From an uncultured Alphaproteobacteria bacterium (lineage in GTDB: Bacteria > Pseudomonadota > Alphaproteobacteria > HIMB59), in assembly GCA_902613185.1 (NCBI GenBank), contig CACMGP010000002.1, forward strand, positions 35,378 to 99,377: a DNA stretch of 64,000 nucleotides, in the 5' to 3' direction. The number at the start of each line of letters is the position of its first letter. Position 1 is the first letter of the stretch. The notes below the pieces were generated by a model, which was not told where the DNA came from, did no database searches, and saw nothing but the letters and a program-made list of their open reading frames with translations. The translations under genes were made by a program, and so were the position numbers. Shown piece after piece: positions 59,357-64,000 of this stretch.

Positions 59357-59468
59357 ATTTTCTCACTATATAGTGCCAAATAGCAAAAATATCCGCATTT
59401 ATAAAGATACATTGATTGATCTAAATTTTCTCAGAAAAGTAGAAATTAATAACTAACCTTAATCCTCC

Positions 59469-59504
59469 AGAACCATTCTTGTGGTTTTCTTCAAGAATGG
59501 TTCT
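59469..59504. terminator. Perfect 13-bp hairpin between the convergent folC and DCC1-like genes
   Basis: AGAACCATTCTTG / CAAGAATGGTTCT with a 10-nt loop, 1 nt from the minus-strand stop codon. Confidence 0.75.
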
Positions 59505-59505
59505 A

Positions 59506-59841
59506 CTAAATTTTCTTTTTGTTTTTCAAATAAAGTAGTAAAGCTAGTCCTTCGTATGCAATTTTCCATAATTGTCTAAATAATGGTAGCTTCAACAATA
59601 AAGACAGGTATCTCCATCTTGGAATTGTATCCCATAAAACTAAAAAGGACTCTGATCCAGAAAAAATTTTTCCATCATGATATACATGCATTCTTCTAAA
59701 TAAATCTTTTTTGGAGAGATGATTTATATGCTCATCTTTATTTTTTGAAATATCAACATAATTTATATTACAGGTTTTCTTTTTATAGTGACTTATCTCT
59801 GCATTACAAATATTACATGAACCATTAAAGTATACTTTCAT
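59506..59841 (-). CDS. DCC1-like thiol-disulfide oxidoreductase (DUF393)
   Basis: YFNGSCNIC (DxxCxxC variant) and GSESF..LW motifs. Confidence 0.85.
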   Translation of the reverse strand: MKVYFNGSCNICNAEISHYKKKTCNINYVDISKNKDEHINHLSKKDLFRRMHVYHDGKIFSGSESFLVLWDTIPRWRYLSLLLKLPLFRQLWKIAYEGLALLLYLKNKKKI

Positions 59842-59846
59842 TTTGA

Positions 59847-60461
59847 TTATGCGGGTGGTGGTATTGAGCCATCTTTAAATAAATCATATCCCTTTAAGAC
59901 AGCAGGTCTAAGTGATATTTGATTATACCAACGCAATAGATTGATATATTTATTCAGACCTATATCATGAATTGGATGTCTAGCGATCCAAGGAAATGTT
60001 GCGATATCTGCAATTGAATATTCATTTGCCAAATATTCATTTTTAGACAAATGATCATCTAAATTTTTGTATATCGTTTCTGCAATTTTAAAATATCTAT
60101 CTTCACCAAAATCACTTTTACCGGGATTATAATGATGAAATTGATGATGCTGACCTAACATAGGGCCTATATAACCCATTTGAGCCATCAACCACTGGGT
60201 CGTTAAACTTTGATTTGAGCCATAAAATTCTCCTGATAAATTTGCCAAGTAAATTAAGATAGCACCAGACTCAAATATGGTCTTATTATCATGTCTTAAA
60301 ACAGGAATTTTTGAAAATGGAGAAATTTTTTTAAACTCATCGTTGAATTGTTCACCCTTATTTAAATTAATTAAAGTCAAATCATAACTCTCATTAATCT
60401 CCTCTAACATTATTGAAATTTTTCTTGCATTTGGAGTTGAGTCTGCAAATAACTCAAACAT
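59847..60461 (-). CDS. Glutathione S-transferase family, YfcG/Nu-class-like disulfide oxidoreductase
   Basis: STPNARK, SPFSKIP, FESGAIL, QWL..Q...GP and YSIADIA motifs. Confidence 0.9.
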   Translation of the reverse strand: MFELFADSTPNARKISIMLEEINESYDLTLINLNKGEQFNDEFKKISPFSKIPVLRHDNKTIFESGAILIYLANLSGEFYGSNQSLTTQWLMAQMGYIGPMLGQHHQFHHYNPGKSDFGEDRYFKIAETIYKNLDDHLSKNEYLANEYSIADIATFPWIARHPIHDIGLNKYINLLRWYNQISLRPAVLKGYDLFKDGSIPPPA

Positions 60462-60797
60462 TCAAATTAAACTCATAATATATTTATGAACAAAATATCC
60501 TATTACGAGTAAAGTCAATCCAATCAAGTAAATTAACCAAAAATTCATATTGAGATTTTTTGCAAAGAAAAAAGGTAAGAAAAATAAATATGAGACAGGT
60601 ACTCCAATAAGAATGCTTTTTGCAAATATTACAGTATTTTCAGTATTTTTATGCTCTAAGAAAGAGAAGGCTATGGCTATTATACTTGCTATTGGAAGAG
60701 CAATAATAAATCCAGATAGCTCAGGTTTTTTACCGGAAAGCCAACTTGCAAATGCAATCACAAGAGCAGCTAATAAAACTTTTAAAGCAAAAATCAT
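60462..60797 (-). CDS. Small membrane protein (DUF3147-like)
   Basis: Four hydrophobic helices; SGFIIALPIAS motif. Confidence 0.65.
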   Translation of the reverse strand: MIFALKVLLAALVIAFASWLSGKKPELSGFIIALPIASIIAIAFSFLEHKNTENTVIFAKSILIGVPVSYLFFLPFFFAKNLNMNFWLIYLIGLTLLVIGYFVHKYIMSLI

Positions 60798-60827
60798 AAT
60801 TATCTATTTTATACTAATTAATAATAA

Positions 60828-61661
60828 TTAAAGATTATTTTCAGGTATTAAGAAAGTTGTTGATGCCCAATCACTGTGCCAGATTGGCTCATTTTTTTCT
60901 GGGTCTGCTTTTAATGGATAAATCACAACTGAGTCTAAAAGATATTCCCTTCCTGGTTCAATATCAAAAGTGAATTTTCCTTTATCATCCGTTATGGTAT
61001 TTACAATTGATAACTTTGTATTTTTATATTTCGAAAAAACTGTAACAAGATTTTTTTTTAGTGGTTTTTTTTTGTAATATAAAGTTCCACTCATTTGCTT
61101 TGAATTCAATTCTTTGTAAGGATTTTGGTCTAAAACAAATTCAAATAGAAGTCCTGTTTTTTTATCCTTCCCCTCACTGCCATTTAGTGTAATAAGAGAT
61201 TTTGCATAACGACGATAACTCTCAATAAAATTACTTTCGGGAAATCCTTTCTCAAAATGAGTATCGATTAGTTGCTGGTAACCTTTTTCATTAACAAAAT
61301 CCTCGAATTTTTGAAACTTTTTATAATCAACATATTTATCTTTAGTTTCATGATAAATAATTAATAAATTGTCTAAATTAGTCGTTATATTAATTGCAGG
61401 CACATCACCTAGTATGCCCTTTATTTTTTCTTTTTTATTTTTGGATCCAGATAAAATTTTAAATGTTTTAAAATCTTGTGGATTATACATTAAAACCATA
61501 CCTTGAAATTCTTGTCCTACCCTCAAGTGAGCATTTATTAAGTCATCATTAAGTTGATATTGCGTAGGCTCGATCCAAAATTCATGAGCGTTTGCTCTAA
61601 TAGAATAAGCAATAAGGAGCAAAAAAATATAAAGAATTTTTAGATGAATTTTGGTAAACAT
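60828..61661 (-). CDS. DUF4198-domain periplasmic protein
   Basis: Signal peptide, then AHEFWIEP; YRRYAKSL and TDDKG motifs. Confidence 0.82.
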   Translation of the reverse strand: MFTKIHLKILYIFLLLIAYSIRANAHEFWIEPTQYQLNDDLINAHLRVGQEFQGMVLMYNPQDFKTFKILSGSKNKKEKIKGILGDVPAINITTNLDNLLIIYHETKDKYVDYKKFQKFEDFVNEKGYQQLIDTHFEKGFPESNFIESYRRYAKSLITLNGSEGKDKKTGLLFEFVLDQNPYKELNSKQMSGTLYYKKKPLKKNLVTVFSKYKNTKLSIVNTITDDKGKFTFDIEPGREYLLDSVVIYPLKADPEKNEPIWHSDWASTTFLIPENNL

Positions 61662-61667
61662 GACCGA

Positions 61668-62771
61668 ATGATTAAGTACTTATTTTTTCTAATTTTAATA
61701 TTGGGCTCTCCTCTGCATTCACACGAAATTAAACCCGCGGTGATGGATATTACCATTATTGAAGGAAATGCATCAATCGAATTTAAATTAAATGCAGAAA
61801 CTGTTCTTTCTGAAATTGATGCCTCTTTATATCAGGATACCAACGACTCACCTCAATCTCAAAAATATGATGCGTTACGGGCCCTTTCCACTGAAAAGAT
61901 AGAGAAAATGGTCATAGAAAATGAAAACAAATTTACAGATAAGATTAAAATCAATATCGGAGATGAAACTATTCCGCTTTCTTTAAGAAATGTAGATACT
62001 TTTCAAGAAATAAACGATGAATTTCCCAGAGATACAACTTTAAACATAGGTTTTGAAATAAAAGATGAGTCTTTTACCATTCAATTTGAAAAAGAATTGG
62101 GTCCCGTGGTAATTAGACATTTTGAAGATTTATCAAAAGAGTCTGTTTTATTTACAACTTATTTACAACCTGCTGAAAGATCATCGCTCATATCTCAACA
62201 GACACGGTCTTCAGCTTTAAGTACAACAATTGAATATTTAGTTTTAGGGATAGAGCATATTGTTCCTAAGGGACTTGACCATATCTTATTCATAATAGGT
62301 ATCTTTTTTTACGCCATCAAATTTAAACCTTTATTACTTCAAGTCACAATGTTTACAGTTGCGCATTCGATCACACTTATTCTAGCTAGTTTTAATTTAA
62401 TTTTTATACCTGCTACTATTGTTGAACCGTTAATAGCATTGTCTATAAGCTATGTTGCAATTGAGAATATATTTCAAAGACGTTCAACTTTACTTCGGTA
62501 TTTAATAATTTTTATTTTTGGATTAATTCATGGTTTAGGTTTTGCGTTTGTGCTGGGAGATATTGGGTTAAATACTAGTCAACTTGTTTTAAGTTTAATC
62601 TCATTTAACATTGGTGTAGAAATAGCACAGATAGCAATTATTATCTTAGCATCAATTATCTTTATAATACCTTCACGTCAGAGTTGGTATAGAGCATTTT
62701 TGCAAATTCCTATTTCGATTATAATTTCAATGATTGGTTTATATTGGTTTATTGAAAGAGTATTCTTTTAA
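61668..62771 (+). CDS. HupE/UreJ-family membrane protein with N-terminal periplasmic domain
   Basis: GIEHI..GLDHILF, FTVAHSITL, EPLIALSI and FGLIHGLGFA motifs. Start set at ATG 61668. Confidence 0.88.
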   Translation: MIKYLFFLILILGSPLHSHEIKPAVMDITIIEGNASIEFKLNAETVLSEIDASLYQDTNDSPQSQKYDALRALSTEKIEKMVIENENKFTDKIKINIGDETIPLSLRNVDTFQEINDEFPRDTTLNIGFEIKDESFTIQFEKELGPVVIRHFEDLSKESVLFTTYLQPAERSSLISQQTRSSALSTTIEYLVLGIEHIVPKGLDHILFIIGIFFYAIKFKPLLLQVTMFTVAHSITLILASFNLIFIPATIVEPLIALSISYVAIENIFQRRSTLLRYLIIFIFGLIHGLGFAFVLGDIGLNTSQLVLSLISFNIGVEIAQIAIIILASIIFIIPSRQSWYRAFLQIPISIIISMIGLYWFIERVFF

Positions 62772-63325
62772 AAATTTATTTTAATAGTGCCAAGAACTGA
62801 TAGAGATTTATCTGTTATCACCATTTCTCCTGAACTTGGATAATAATCAAGAAAACCACCAACAATTACATAATGGGTTACAAAAATTAAATTACCTTGA
62901 CTGTCGTCCCAATTTTTAATGAATTGATTTAATTCATACATTTGTTTTGAATGGTTTTTTTGATAATCAGCTGAAAATGTTGAATTTAAGGCACTTAAAC
63001 TCTCAAAATTTCCAAATGCCAGACGAGCGGTTTCTTTGCAGCGACACCATTCGCTGGAATAAACAGAGTCTATTGGAATAGAATATTTAGAAAATAATAT
63101 ACCCATTCGTTTAGATTGATTAATTCCTTGTTCATTTAAATTTCTTTGTGTTGAACAATCGTATAATTCAAAATTATTGGGATCGCCGCCTCCAGGAGCA
63201 TATGCGTGACGAATAAAAACTACTTTGCCACCCTTTTTTAATAATTCCCAACTTGTTGTTTCATCAGATAAAGAATTAAATGTAAAAAAAAGAGAAATTA
63301 AGAAAAAGAAATTAACAATTTTCAT
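62768..63325 (-). CDS. Histidine phosphatase superfamily protein (exported)
   Basis: RHA, RNL..G, SSEWCRCKETA and VTH motifs; signal peptide. Confidence 0.88.
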   Translation of the reverse strand: MKIVNFFFLISLFFTFNSLSDETTSWELLKKGGKVVFIRHAYAPGGGDPNNFELYDCSTQRNLNEQGINQSKRMGILFSKYSIPIDSVYSSEWCRCKETARLAFGNFESLSALNSTFSADYQKNHSKQMYELNQFIKNWDDSQGNLIFVTHYVIVGGFLDYYPSSGEMVITDKSLSVLGTIKINF

Positions 63326-63819
63326 TGTTGTGAGAGGTATTGATGATATGCCTGCTTTTTTACGTCATTCCAATATTGATCTGCCTCTTCAGCTGTATAT
63401 TTTCCGTAAAGTTGCATCCAAAGATCAGTTGTCACTAAAGATAAAGCTTCCTCTTTTTCTTTCCACTCATCATAGAACCAAGGATCTAAAGAGGGCTCAA
63501 CTCCTTTTTGTGAAAAATAATTAACCTCTTCATGAATTCCCCCTATGTCTATAATCATTGTTTTAGGAGAAAACTCTACATCCTCGAAAAAACGTATACG
63601 TGCTATATCTTCTTCGGTTAATCCTTTAACCACTATACCTTCAACGCCAGAATAATTTTCACCGAAGATTATTACAGGGAAGTTTTCATTAACGACTAAA
63701 CGCAATTCACTTTTTGGTGCAAAAGCTTTAGTTATTTTTAAGTGATCAGTTTTTCCTCCTATAACCTTCTCTAATATTGCAATAGAGCGAAGTGTACCGT
63801 AAAAAAAATAATTATTCAT
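63322..63819 (-). CDS. Gamma-glutamylcyclotransferase-like (AIG2/GGCT fold) protein
   Basis: YFFYGTLR, FPVI and EGIVVKGL..EDIARI.FFE motifs. Confidence 0.8.
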   Translation of the reverse strand: MNNYFFYGTLRSIAILEKVIGGKTDHLKITKAFAPKSELRLVVNENFPVIIFGENYSGVEGIVVKGLTEEDIARIRFFEDVEFSPKTMIIDIGGIHEEVNYFSQKGVEPSLDPWFYDEWKEKEEALSLVTTDLWMQLYGKYTAEEADQYWNDVKKQAYHQYLSQQ

Positions 63820-63826
63820 TTTAGTC

Positions 63827-64000
63827 TTAGAAAAATTCTGGAAGAGCTGCTTTTTTTATCTTCATTTCATGAAGGAGTATGCAAATTTGTTCAGAAATTT
63901 CAACACTATTTGGCGTATCACTATGAACACACACTGAATGAATATTTGTTTTTAGAGTATTCCCATTACGTGAAATAATTCCTCCTTGAATAAGCATAGC
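63827..64000 (-). CDS. pxpA: C-terminal end of a LamB/YcsF-family protein (5-oxoprolinase subunit A), truncated by the window edge
   Basis: Own translation: AMLIQGGIISRNGNTLKTNIHSVCVHSDTPNSVEISEQICILLHEMKIKKAALPEFF*. SVCVHSDTP matches the family motif T(I/L)CVHGDTP. Not in the ORF track. Confidence 0.75.
   Translation of the reverse strand, partial: AMLIQGGIISRNGNTLKTNIHSVCVHSDTPNSVEISEQICILLHEMKIKKAALPEFF

Noticed and set aside
59364-59375. NrdR box or dif site at CACTATATAGTG
   Set aside because: It is two nt shorter than the NrdR consensus with no nrd gene adjacent, and XerC/XerD arms are not evident.
1-64000. CRISPR arrays, rRNA, transposases, prophage or defence genes
   Set aside because: No regularly spaced repeats, rRNA-like tracts or mobile-element motifs were seen. 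Nearly all of the sequence is accounted for by the CDSs listed.

Overview
Gene-dense, very AT-rich (roughly 30% GC by eye) chromosomal segment of a streamlined alphaproteobacterium. The assignment rests on gltD-gltB order, rnd-kdsD-lptCAB, and rpsA-ihfB-pyrF-trpFBA-accD-folC synteny. A marine SAR11/HIMB59-like lineage is an inference only. Layout: (1) 1-16344 is a sugar-catabolism supercluster with a split transketolase and GlpK-like kinase, FrcBCA/FrcK, XylB, an uncharacterised class I aldolase-like protein, a PfkB kinase, D-lyxose/mannose isomerase, 2-hydroxyacid dehydrogenase, RbsD/FucU, RbsK, Gpr-like AKR, Gfo/Idh/MocA, a ROK kinase and PfkA. (2) An orphan Fe(II)-oxygenase-like gene follows, then a C1/methylated-amine cluster at 17204-27121: soxBDAG, a dimethylglycine-oxidase-like flavoprotein, a short MetF and a DmdA/LigM-like THF methyltransferase. 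(3) 27.2-59.4 kb holds housekeeping, LPS and translation genes with one tRNA-Ser(GGA). (4) 59.5-64 kb is a thiol/glutathione/metal cluster ending in a partial pxpA that is absent from the ORF track. No CRISPR array, rRNA, transposase or integrase was seen. The best candidates for undescribed biology are the isomerase-kinase-novel aldolase sugar pathway, the THF-methyltransferase/reverse-MTHFR demethylation module, widespread leaderless promoters, and two intergenic elements carrying anti-Shine-Dalgarno motifs and hairpins. Family calls come from motif recognition and recalled reference proteins; no database searches were run.
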